Of a stretch of DNA of 64,000 bases, positions 14,451 to 25,649 are shown one piece after another; within the stretch, counting starts at the first letter, position 1, and each line of letters begins with the position of its first letter. The stretch spans positions 79,360,001 through 79,424,000 of the forward strand of contig NW_026262712.1 in assembly GCF_021869535.1 (NCBI RefSeq), written 5' to 3'. This DNA is from Mytilus californianus (lineage: Eukaryota). The position numbers and the translations under genes were made by a program. The notes under the pieces were generated by a model. The model saw nothing but the letters and a program-made list of their open reading frames with translations. It ran no database searches and had not been told where the DNA came from.

Positions 14451-17396
14451 TTAAGTTGTTGATCTCTTCATATTTGAACGATGATTTTTTTTGTCGGATA
14501 CGTAATATCTACAGTTACCCAAAACATCATTATCACACCAAAAATGAGGCTTTCCAGTAATGTTATCTTTATATGATGATTTGTATGTATTTGGATGTTG
14601 AGCCCCGGTAACTGTTTCGTAACAGAAGGAATCTTGACTTACATTCATGCTACTTTGATTAACAACAGTTTCTTTGACTCGTAGCGAAGTTTTTCTTACG
14701 GTTGACCTGAGAGAAGATTTACTTTTAAGTTTTGGATCTTTTTGAACTGTTGATCCTTTTATACTTACACGTTGAATTATGTTGTCGGATGATGGATATT
14801 TACAGTTACCCAAAAAATCATTAGCATATCGAACATGAGGTTTTCCAGTAATGTTATCCGTATATGATGATTTGTTTGTACTTGGATGTTGAGCCTCGGT
14901 AATTGTTTCGTAACAGAAGGAATCTTGACTCTCATCCATGCTAGTTTGATAAACAATAGGTCCTTGAACACGCAAAGAAGTTGTTCTAATGGTTGACGTG
15001 AAAGGAGATTTACTACGTTTTGGCTCTTTTTCACCTGTTGATTTTTTTATACTCGAGAGATGAAATGTTCTGTCGGATACTGGATATTCACAGTTGCCAA
15101 AAAAATCATTATCAGAACTTACATCAGGCTTTCCTGAAATGTATTTACTATATGATGATGTATATGTATTTGAATGTTTAGACTTGGTAATTGTGTTGTT
15201 GCCGAAGGACTCTTGATTTATAGGTGCTCTTCTTTGATTAACCAGAGGTTCTTGTACAGGTGGCGAAGTTTTTTTTATGGTTGACTCGAGAGAAGATTTA
15301 CTATTAAGTGTTGGCTCTTTTTCAGCTGTTGATCTTTTTATACTTGAACGGTAAATTACTTTGTCTGATTCTGGGTATTCACAGTTGCGTACCAAATCAT
15401 TATCCCATCGAACATCAGGCTTTGCAGAAATGTAATCATTATATGATGGTTTGTATGCACTTGGATGTTGAGCATCGGTAACTGTTTTGTTGCCGATGGA
15501 ATGTTGATCAACTTTCGTCCTACTCGGATGTCCTTCGACACTTAACGAAGTTTTGTCCAAAATTGAATCGAGAGAAGATTTACTTCTTCGTGTTGGTTCT
15601 TCTAGAGCTGGTGATGGTTTTATAATCGAACTGTGAATTTCTTTGTCTGATACTGGAGAGTCATAGTTGCTCGAAAACTCCTTACAACTCCTAACATCAG
15701 GCTTTGCAAAAATTAATTCATTATATGATTGGAATGTACTTGGATGTTGAACCTCGTGTTTTTTAAAGACGGAACATTGATTATCACTCGACCTACTTTG
15801 ATTTTCATGAGGTGCATGGACATGTAAAGAAGTTTTCCTTAAGCTTGACTCAAGATATGATTTACTGCATTGTGTTGCTTCTTTTTCAGCTTGTGATCTT
15901 TTTATAATTGAGAGCTGAATTTCTTTGTCAAATACTGGAGGTTCAAGATTCCTTGAATGAGCAGCATTAGACCGATAACTAGGCCTGGAATAATAGTTAT
16001 AACAGTATGATGATTTGTATGTACTTGGATGTTGAGACTCGGCAACTGTTTTGGAACGGAGGGGATCTTGATTTACATTCGTCCTACTTTGATTAACAAG
16101 AGGTCCGTGGACACTTAACGCAGATTTTCTTGCGGATAATTCGAAAAAAGATTTAGTTCTTCGTGTAGGCTCTTCCTCAGCTGTTGGTTTTTGTATACTT
16201 GAACGATAAGGTTTTTTTGTTGATACTCTAGATTCGCTGTTGCTTGAGAAATCATAATCATAAAGACAATCAGTCTTGGCAGAAATTTTATCAATATACG
16301 AGTATTTATATGTACTTGCATGTTGAGCCTCAGTAACTTTTTTGTTGCCGAATGAATCTAGATTAACATTCGTCCAACTTTGATGGCCTTGGGCGCGTAA
16401 CGTAGTTTCACTTGAGATTGACTCGAGAGAAGATTTACTACGTGTTTGTTTTTCTTCAGTCGGTGATGGTTTTATAATGGGACTGTGAATTTTGTTGTCC
16501 GATGCTGGAGAGTCCCACTTGCCCGAAAACTCATTATAACTCCGAACATCAGGCTTTACAGAAATGTAATCACTATATGATTTAAATGTTCTTAGATGTT
16601 TAGCCTCGCTTGCATATTTGTTAGAGAACGAATCTGGATTAACACTTGACCTACTTTGATTTACGGGAGGTCCTCGGACATGTAATAAATTGTTCCCTAC
16701 GGTTGATTCTAGAGTCGATTGACTGCATTTTCTTGTTTCTTTTTCTGCTTTTGGTCTTATTATGGTGGAAAGCTGAATTTCTTTGTCAGCTACTGGAGAT
16801 TCGACGTTGCTGGAATGAGAATCATCAGACCGATAACTAGGCCTGGAGTAATAGTTTTTACAATGTGATGATTTGTATGTACTTGGATCTTGATACTCGG
16901 AAACTATTTTTGTACAGAAAAAACCTTGATTTACATTAGTCCTATTTTCAATAGCATAAATCTTACGGGAACGATAGGCAGAACTGCTCACTGTGTTTTC
17001 ATGTACTTTCCGAAATGTGTTTGGTTTCCACGTTCTCCATATTTGCCCTCCGGGGTCTCCAGATCCTCGAATCCTAATCGAAATTCCACCATTAGTCGTT
17101 GTAAATTTTGTTAGATTGACATGTCGCTGTGTAACTTGATCAAATTCAATGTCATCTAAAAATCCCAATTCTTCTGCTTTTCGAAAAACCCACAGTCTCC
17201 GATTGTCAACAGTGTAAAACTTTCCATTTATTAGTACAGAGGTAATATTTGGAATGTCCTTCAGTGAAATAGATTCAGTCAACAATTCATCTAACGTGTC
17301 TCCTATAAATTTAGCATTGAAAGCTGTGTGTTTACCCCAATTGTTTGCAATAGAATCCTGTGAAAAGAATATTTCGGTTGGTCTTAACTTCATCAT
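14451..17396 (-). CDS. Copy B: uncharacterised protein, ~120-aa ParB/sulfiredoxin-like DNRR domain + 9 Ser/Lys/Thr-rich ~97-aa repeats (981 aa from MMKL; 990 aa from the upstream ATG at 17423)
   Basis: Uninterrupted ~2.95-kb ORF in AT-rich DNA. Domain spans 17028-17396, with DNRR at 17196-17207. Repeats begin QHPSTYKSSY-like. The MMKL start is shared with the paralogues. Confidence 0.8.
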   Translation of the reverse strand: MMKLRPTEIFFSQDSIANNWGKHTAFNAKFIGDTLDELLTESISLKDIPNITSVLINGKFYTVDNRRLWVFRKAEELGFLDDIEFDQVTQRHVNLTKFTTTNGGISIRIRGSGDPGGQIWRTWKPNTFRKVHENTVSSSAYRSRKIYAIENRTNVNQGFFCTKIVSEYQDPSTYKSSHCKNYYSRPSYRSDDSHSSNVESPVADKEIQLSTIIRPKAEKETRKCSQSTLESTVGNNLLHVRGPPVNQSRSSVNPDSFSNKYASEAKHLRTFKSYSDYISVKPDVRSYNEFSGKWDSPASDNKIHSPIIKPSPTEEKQTRSKSSLESISSETTLRAQGHQSWTNVNLDSFGNKKVTEAQHASTYKYSYIDKISAKTDCLYDYDFSSNSESRVSTKKPYRSSIQKPTAEEEPTRRTKSFFELSARKSALSVHGPLVNQSRTNVNQDPLRSKTVAESQHPSTYKSSYCYNYYSRPSYRSNAAHSRNLEPPVFDKEIQLSIIKRSQAEKEATQCSKSYLESSLRKTSLHVHAPHENQSRSSDNQCSVFKKHEVQHPSTFQSYNELIFAKPDVRSCKEFSSNYDSPVSDKEIHSSIIKPSPALEEPTRRSKSSLDSILDKTSLSVEGHPSRTKVDQHSIGNKTVTDAQHPSAYKPSYNDYISAKPDVRWDNDLVRNCEYPESDKVIYRSSIKRSTAEKEPTLNSKSSLESTIKKTSPPVQEPLVNQRRAPINQESFGNNTITKSKHSNTYTSSYSKYISGKPDVSSDNDFFGNCEYPVSDRTFHLSSIKKSTGEKEPKRSKSPFTSTIRTTSLRVQGPIVYQTSMDESQDSFCYETITEAQHPSTNKSSYTDNITGKPHVRYANDFLGNCKYPSSDNIIQRVSIKGSTVQKDPKLKSKSSLRSTVRKTSLRVKETVVNQSSMNVSQDSFCYETVTGAQHPNTYKSSYKDNITGKPHFWCDNDVLGNCRYYVSDKKNHRSNMKRSTT

Positions 17397-17419
17397 TCCG
17401 GAAACGTCGACTACACAAC

Positions 17420-17740
17420 TCATGCTTTCTACTCCCTTTTACAACTGCTCATTATAATTTTACATTCAATATCGATATTTTTGAACGGATATTGTAAGTT
17501 ATTTCAAAACGTTTCGCATAATTGATTTGAATATTCGGAAAATCGATTATTAAATACCCTATACAAAATATCAATTTCATATTGACGGCTTTTTGTATAT
17601 ATTTTGGTTTTATATACTAGGTCATCAAATATCTTCTTTCAAAACGTATTCATGTGATGAATTGTTTCATTGGTATTTGTTATTTGTTCGTAAACAAAAT
17701 GGTGGTTCTAATTTCTCTAAAACATTTGTGTCACGTCATT
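17420..17740 (-). promoter_or_regulatory. Conserved upstream block (putative promoter/5'UTR) shared by copies A, B and C
   Basis: aaacgttt...gaatatt...atcgatt...aaatacc(c)ca/tatacaaaatatcaatt is shared with 3190-3345 and partly with 32480-32570; 17650-17730 matches 32640-32720. TATCGATA lies 70-74 bp upstream of the ATG in A (3233) and B (17470). Function is not demonstrated. Confidence 0.45.
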
Positions 17741-18419
17741 CTATTGTTGCACCCGTTTTTAATTCAGTTAATAGGCTATCATTTACCTGTAAGACACTAG
17801 TATGTTAGCTTTAACTGTCTAAAAGTAACCCTACTCTTTCTTACAAATGTTGGACAGCTGAAGGTAGCATAGTTGACTTTTACAAGATAGTTCAAGAACT
17901 GAAAAAAATCATTCAATTCGCACAATCCTTTTTGTTTCATATGAAATAAAAAATACAACGACAGAAGCAAATGACAATTACACAAACACATATTATTAAA
18001 GTCATCCTCCAATATATTAACTTTGTGATTCATCAAAACATTTCTTGGGTAAAGATTCAAATTGATTTTAACACTGCCAAAACATATTTCACAGCTATTT
18101 TTGTCATGTTTTTGGTTGTCTCTATAATCTCCAAATTAATGAGTTCGGTTGATAATGATCGTTCATTCTAATTAAAATATAGAACTCTGATTTCCTTCAA
18201 GAGTATAACAAAATCAAGAGTTCTTTATTTTAGTTAGACTGATGCTCGTTGTAAGATTGTTTTTTTTTTTTTTTTGTTGCTGCTTTTAGGTATCTCATTT
18301 TGCAAAAGATTTATACTCGTCCGTCTTCTGATATAAAAACCGACCTTTGGTGTTGATCTCACTCGCCCTAAGATTATTTTTAGCTACAATTACAAATCAT
18401 GGTATCTTTGTTGTTATGA

Positions 18420-18900
18420 AAAAAATAAAATCACAAAAATACCTAACTCCGAGGAAAATTCCAAATGGAAAGTCCTTTATCAAAGGCCAAAATCAAAATC
18501 TCAAACACTGCAAATGAATGGATAACAAAAGAGGGGTAAAAATACTAAAGGGACAGTCAAACTCACACTCACAGATCGAAAATAAACTGTCAACGCCATG
18601 GCTAAAAAAGAAAAAAACAAACAGATAAATAATATTACACAAGACGCAACATAGAAAACTAAAGAAAAAGCAACACGAACCCCATCAAAATCTAGGGGAG
18701 ATCTTAGGTGCTCCGGAATGGTAAGCAGATCCTGCTAACATATGGCACCCGTCGTGTTGCTCATTTTATTACAAAGCCGGAAAATAGTCTTATTCGGTAG
18801 GTCACATTCGTGAAAAGGAAAGGGGATTGTCATATTCCTGACTTGGTTCAGATATTTCGTTTTGTAGATAACGGTGGATTGAACCTGGTTTTATAGCTAG
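18420..18900 (+). repeat. Composite dispersed repeats; homologues at 39755-40000 (+), 27020-27130 (-), 32975-33085 (-)
   Basis: gggacagtcaaactca...gatcgaaaataa...ctg..aacgccatggctaaaaaagaaaa...gctccggaa.g.taagcagatcctgct...ggcacccgtcgtgttgctca is shared by 18545-18770 and 39775-39990. The aaaatcacaaaaatac...gaggaaaatt unit recurs inverted at the other two sites. Confidence 0.75.
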
Positions 18901-19824
18901 CTAAACCTCTCACTTGTATGACAGTCGCAGAGTTTACATTATATTGACAACGACAACAACAAAACAAACAGACATAATAATTGAAAATGTTGACAACGAC
19001 AACAACAAAACAAACAGACATAATAATTAAAAATGTACAACAGTCAACATTGTGTTATAATCATATAACAAAAAGACAGAAATTTACCATAGCACAATAA
19101 CACAATCACGGGATGTACAAGTAAATGAATTTATTGTACTCCAGCTGATTCTCGCGTATTGTTTTTTTTTGTGGACTCTATTTTTGCTATTTTCTCAATC
19201 AGTGTGTTTACTGAAGAGATGTATCCTGCCGATCTGACTTTAAATAAAGCTAATACTAACAAGATCTCTGCCCTTTTCTGGATCTTGATTATGGAACGCC
19301 GGAACTGTCTTATAGTGTAAATATTTAATGTGTTTTGTCGCTTTGCCTTTACGTCCTGTCATTTCTTCTTTATGTTATGTGCAGGTGCCTTTATTTACTG
19401 ACACTGCATCTCTGTTTTATGCCAAATTTATTATGTGTTTGGTCAAACAATTGTATGATATGTCATTGCTAAACTTTGTTGTGTGCAATAGGCATTTCAT
19501 TTTGCTGTAACTTCTATATATTCTGTGAATACCTCCAAACTTTATGATCAACCACCTATACATTCTTTCATATTTTCTCTCTGTTGTGTCTATTCTTCCT
19601 TTACGTAAGTCAGTTAATAATTGCGTCCTGTCTCAAATGTGATTGTCATGCTGAATGTTCTAAACGTTTTGTTTTGATACATCTTTGTTCTATGAAAACC
19701 TCATGATATTATAGTCTAACGGCTTTATGTGGTGTTTTTACATATGTATATCCAGTGAAAAACATAATACATCATGGTATAGTTCATATGCGTTTTGCCG
19801 AACAATTGATACTCTCTGTAAGCA

Positions 19825-20230
19825 TTCATTACGTTATGTGCAATGCCTTTTACATTATGTTCAGACACCTAATACATTATGTGAAACACTTATTACGTTA
19901 TGTGCAAACAGCTTATACATTTTGTGCAAACATCGTTTACTTTATGTGCAAACAGCTTATACGTTTTGTGCAAACATCGTTTACTTTATGTGCAAACACC
20001 TATTACGTTATGTGCAAATGCCTATTATATGTTGTGCAAACAACTATAACGTTATGTGCAAACACCTATTACGTTATGTACAACACCTATTTCATTATGT
20101 GCAAACACCTATTACGTTATGTGCAAATGCCTATTACATTATGTTCAAACATCTATAACGTTATGTGCAAAAACCTATTATGTTATGTGCAAACACCTAT
20201 TACGTTATGTGCAAACACCTATTACGTTCT
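19825..20230. repeat. Minisatellite, ~22-bp unit attacgttatgtgcaaacacct with variants
   Basis: Direct inspection; this explains the two overlapping low-complexity plus-strand ORFs. Confidence 0.9.
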
Positions 20231-22310
20231 GGTAAACGCTTTTTTGACACAGATTAAAACAAAACGCATCAATGATTTACACTTTGAAAATTAAGAATAT
20301 TACTAGTTTGAGCTTTTTAAAAAGCTGTGGACTGCTTCGCTGTAAATATTTGTGCATCGGTTTGTTGATTTAATATTGGAAATGTGGTATTTTTAGATAT
20401 TGATTGATATAAAAACGCTAAATAAATATTTAGATTTTAGGGGAAATTATGTTGTTCTACTTTAAGAGTGTGCGTTATACAACCATGCTTTTAAAATTTT
20501 GTTCACTTTACTTGTTGAAGGTCGTTGAAAATTAAAACATTTACAAATATACAAACACGACTCTAGTTTCCAAGAAATGCAATCGAATGGAACAATACAA
20601 TATAAAAAAGAAGATGTGGTATGAATGCCAATGTGACAACTCTTTACAAGAGACCACATGACGCAGAAATTAAAAACAATAGGTCACAGTACGGTCTTCA
20701 CCAATGAGCAAAGCCCGTACCGCACTGTCAGCTATTAAAGGCCCCGAAATGACAAATATAAAAAACAATTGAAACCAAAAAACTAGCGGCCCAATTTATG
20801 TACCAAAATATGAACTAAATACAAATAAGTAACGCAACAACAAACGACAACCACTAAATTACGAGCTCCTGACTTGGGACAGGTACATATAGAATGTGGC
20901 GGGGTTAAACATTTTAATTGGAGCCGAACCCTTCCCTTAACATGGGACAGTGGTGTAACACTACACCATAAGAACAAACTATAAAAACTAGTTGAAAAAG
21001 GCTCAACTCATGAGTTGGATACATATAGAAATACATCTAACAAAAACATAGAGTGGACCTGGCCCAGTACTTGTATACGTACGGCCCAACAAAAAAGAAC
21101 ACTAAGTACAGATCTGAGAGTACTCGCAGTTACTAACAGCCGTTAGTTCAAAGTTCCCATTGTTTCTCCCGACTGCAACCTCGAACTAGAAATATAACGG
21201 GTGTCAGGATGATTTGTTATTACCCTCCCAGTAGGCTATTCTAGCGAGAAACGTGAACCAGTTTAATGCTACCAATGCAATGACGTCTCCCACGATTTAT
21301 GTATATAGCAGCTAAGGAATCCTGCAATAAAATTAAATAAATGATTTTGGGTATTTTTAAAAGTCCCCTTGAGTTTAGAAAAAAAAAATCCGCTCACGCT
21401 TCCAAAGATTATTCTACAATTTTGAAATTGACAAAACAAATTTAATGTATAACTAAAGTCAGTTTCTTACTTTAAAGGTATTGTTCAACATTGGTCATGA
21501 GTACTCAAATGTTTCCATTTTCGTTTATATGTATTTTGTTTTTTTTTTGGTGATCATTGTACTGAATTTCCAATGCATGGAAGTAATTAAAGTCGTAGTC
21601 ATGCGTAAATCCTAAATTTTCAATTTTTACCACCCTCTTTTCAAGACTTTCAGAACAATTTCCCTCTGAATTTTACACTACCTCATGTGAACTGCATTAT
21701 CTTTACTTGAATGGTAAAGATGAGCCTCTACCACTTTGAATTGTCGAAGATATTTATTGACTTGGAAAGTACAACCATATTAAATGGACATAAAACATAT
21801 ACAAAATATATTATACAGAAATTCGTATGTTCCTGGTATTAAATAACACACATTCATAGGTTTTTTCTTCTGTATGTTCGTAATCTAAGTATGCACACCT
21901 GATATGTGCAAATTATAATTTACCTGAATTAGGATAATATATATATTCCGATCTGCAATAATAAACGATTTCAAGTAAGATTGAGCATTTGGGTTAAAGA
22001 ATCTACTTGATCATGACTTACACCTTCCCTTTGCAAATCCGTTACAGTTGATAAACCCAGAACAATGACGAGAAATTATGCTTTTCTTAAGATGCTTTAA
22101 AAGAAAGTGTGCTTAATAAACATGATAGATGTTGTTGTTATTGGTTCTCATCATGGTTCTTTTGATTAATAGTCCCACAAAAATTAGAACATTCTCGTCA
22201 CTTCAATTCAAAACCATCAAATGAAAATTGCATAATAATACATTTTCTGTACGCACGCAAATATTTGTATCACCTTTTTTTTTATTTTGGATGAATTGCA
22301 ATTATAATAC

Positions 22311-23566
22311 TGGGGCCTGTTTATCGAAACAATCTTAGAACTACATGTAGGACATGTCCAAAGATCATCTTAGGACATATCTTAGTCCTAAGTTGGTTTA
22401 TCAAACATGTCGCAACTTTGGACAGGTCGTAGGAATCGTTCTAACTTTAGGACACTTAAATATGTGTATTAAGATAGTCTTAGGATGCTCCTAACTTTAG
22501 TATATATTTTATGATGGTTAATTTGTAAATATATATGATTGCCTTCTTAATATGGATCCCCTATTTCTAAATATTTTTTTATTTTCATTCATTTAATGTG
22601 TTCCTGTTCTTATTCAAAAGATATTACATAACACAGTTGTATATGTATGAGACGACTCTATTCATATTTTCTACGTGTAAAATAATAAGAGAGGGGCATC
22701 GTATATATATATATATATAAAGCCAATTAAATAAAAGTACATAGGTTAAATTAATAAAAACTGTTTACTTTGAAAAAAAGTCCAGATAAAGATGGGTCCA
22801 TTATCCAAGCGCATATCATCCGTTAAGACATACTTAATGTATTCCTTATTTTTATGTAGGATACACGAGACTTGTATTTGAACTGTATAAAGTATAAAAC
22901 CGTGACACATAGAATAAAACTCACTCAAAAAAAATATAATAAAATTGAGAATGGAAATGGGGAATGTGTCAAAGAGACAACAACCCGACCATAGAGCATA
23001 CAACAGCCGAAGGCCACCAATGGGTCTTCAATGCAGCGAGAAACTCCCGCACCCGAAGGCGTCCTTCAGCTGGCCCCTAAACAAATATGTATATTAGTTC
23101 GGTGATAATGGACGTCATACTAAACTCCAAATTATACACAGGAAACTAAAATTAAAAATGATTGTTTTCAATTGTCTTTCACTAGTTTTCACTGTTACTG
23201 CTGTTTACAAATGTTTTTCAATTATCATGTAAAGCGTTGTTACATTTTTTATGTTTTTGGTTTTGTTTCATAAAGTTGGAATATACTATATTTAGATGAA
23301 TATCATTTATTTTCTTTATGATCATTCTTATAATACTTTAAATGTTTTACTACTGATGAATTCCTTGCATTCTTAAAATTTAAAAATTCCAATTTGTTTA
23401 CGCTAACACTTAGAACAGTGGTTAGGACATCCTATCTACGACAGTCTTAAAATAGCTTCGGTGTGCATTCTGATGCATGTTGCAAGTCGATTCTAACATT
23501 ATCCTATTTTATTCTTAAGAGAGATTTTAGGACAAATCCTAGGACTGCTTCGATAAACAGGCCCCA
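22311..23566. mobile_element. Non-autonomous TIR transposon, PIF/Harbinger-like, containing a nested dispersed repeat (~22935-23160)
   Basis: Perfect 18-bp TIR tggggcctgtttatcgaa / ttcgataaacaggcccca with subterminal taggac/gtccta repeats; no exact TSD. Confidence 0.65.
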
Positions 23567-25649
23567 TATCTTTTGCTGTGATTTCCTCTCAAATAATTCC
23601 TGAAAATCCGTTAAATCAATGAATTATGAGTAAAAATCATTTGAAAATTGTCAGAAGACGTATGAACTTACCATGAATGCGAGTAAATAACGCGTTAAAC
23701 GGTCGTATTTGCTGTGAAAATGAAAATGACTTGCATATTTCGATGAAATACACGCAAGTGTGAAATTTGATAATAAACATTAGCTGAGGGCCACGTTCGG
23801 ATGTTGTCTCTTTGACATATTGCCAATTTTCATTTTCAATTTTATTAGACATTTTTATAATTTAAACAGTAAAACATCAAACGTTACAGTTTTACGGCCA
23901 AATTCATGTACAAAATAATAAACGAAAAACAACAGTGTTACACAGCAACAAACAACAACCACTGCATTACAGCCTCCTCACTAGGGACAGACCAAAACAA
24001 CATGTGGCGGCGTTTGAATGCGCCAACCCTCCACTAACCTGGGAGTGTGTGGTTACAAGTTATAAGCATGCCTACTAGACAATGATATGAACAATTACTA
24101 GTCACCGAATTACTCTAAGAATGAACAAAACGTACACCGTATAGTAAGCAATACAAGGCTCATGTGTGACAAAAAGTGATATATTTTTAAACTTGGAAAC
24201 TGTGACAAATGCGATGATCCATACTTTCCAATTGTAAATTTTACAAGTTCCAAGCAGTAACATACACTCTGCGCTATCGTTTTGTTTTAACATAACATAG
24301 TTGACACGTTTTGTTCGTGCATGTTCGAACTATATGGATTTCATTTCCAGGGGTGTGTTCCTCACAAAAAAAACGCTTCATTAGAGTTATGATGTAGAAT
24401 TACTGAAATTGACACAACAATTAATTTAGATGAATATGTCGAAGTCTCAACTCACTAGCAATATATATCTTATATACAACTATAGTCATCTGATCAATAA
24501 TCTTACCGATTGTGTCCAGTTACTAATTGTGACATTTTGAACTAGTGTGAAACCACATTGTGGTTAATGCAAGGATGGTAGAAGAGCCTGTCAACGCACC
24601 TAGTATCGTTTTTTTTTTTTCGATTCTATCCGTTTTTGTTTGCAACCGTATTTTGTCGCTTACTTACTTTTTGATTTAATCATCGGTAAAATTTAATCTA
24701 TTGTTTAAATCTGAAGACGTCAACTTGTTTTCCTATTCATCTCGATGGTGCTATCAACGAGTGTCACTTTTAATCAACAACACATGAAGAATGGTGTTTG
24801 CTTACCCTTCCAGATCGTCTTAGATCACACTCGTTTAAATGGGTTTTGTGTTGCATTTTTTTTTCTATTTTTTGTAAACTACAACGTATTACGTTGATCG
24901 TCGACCTATAATTTTGGATTGTATCTTTAATATCTTCTTTTTTTATGAAACAACAATGAACGAAAATTTAAAATAAAAACTGGATTGAAGGTGACTGGCA
25001 TGGTTAGGCTATACTGGTATTAACTGTAAATTGCGATAAGAAAGGACATTGAACATCATGCTAGTACTTTAAGTTAGCAAAACAACAAAAACTAACACAT
25101 ATAGACCATTCTAAGTGTACCGGCAGTTTCAGGACGCTAATTCAAAACAAAATTACACGTAAAAAATACATGTTTACCATGTCTTTCAGACTAAAAGTAC
25201 ACCTGAATCAGATTAGTTGTTTTCGTTGATGTTTTATCTTTATCTTTTTGTATAAATGTTGGACACTCAACAAGCTCAAGTCTATAAGAAAGGATATTCT
25301 ATTACACAAGTATTTAACAATAGACGGAAGTTTTTGTTTATGATATTGACTACACGATGTATTAGTTTTCCATGCATTTTAGCATACTGATATTATTGTA
25401 ACTTCATTTCACTGCGGATTATATATTGCTTTGACTTTCTTTTCACTGTTAACAATTTTCGAACTGTGGAGAACTTTCTTAACTTATACATTTCTAATAA
25501 TGAACTGAGTCTTACAAAAGGTATACTGGAAAACACTTTAGAGCATATACGCTGCCATTTCCTCAAGAGAAAGAATTTAAGAGTGGAGATTTTTCTTCGA
25601 TTGATTTTTTTCCAGAATATGTGGAGTGTAGTGTCGTGTAAAGCAGCGA

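Noticed and set aside
14451-17396. SQ/TQ cluster (ATM/ATR target) or origin of the repeats from the domain's SQDS motif
   Set aside because: Only a handful of scattered SQ/TQ in a very Ser-rich protein; the SQDS match is four residues with no flanking similarity.
3233-17477. TATCGATA as a functional DRE promoter element
   Set aside because: Present upstream of A and B only through shared ancestry, absent at the equivalent position in C, and DRE function is established in insects rather than shown for this lineage. Kept only as part of the conserved upstream block.
19727-20294. Two overlapping Cys/His-rich plus-strand ORFs (143 and 179 aa)
   Set aside because: Both are translations of a 22-bp minisatellite that happens to lack stops; no independent coding evidence.
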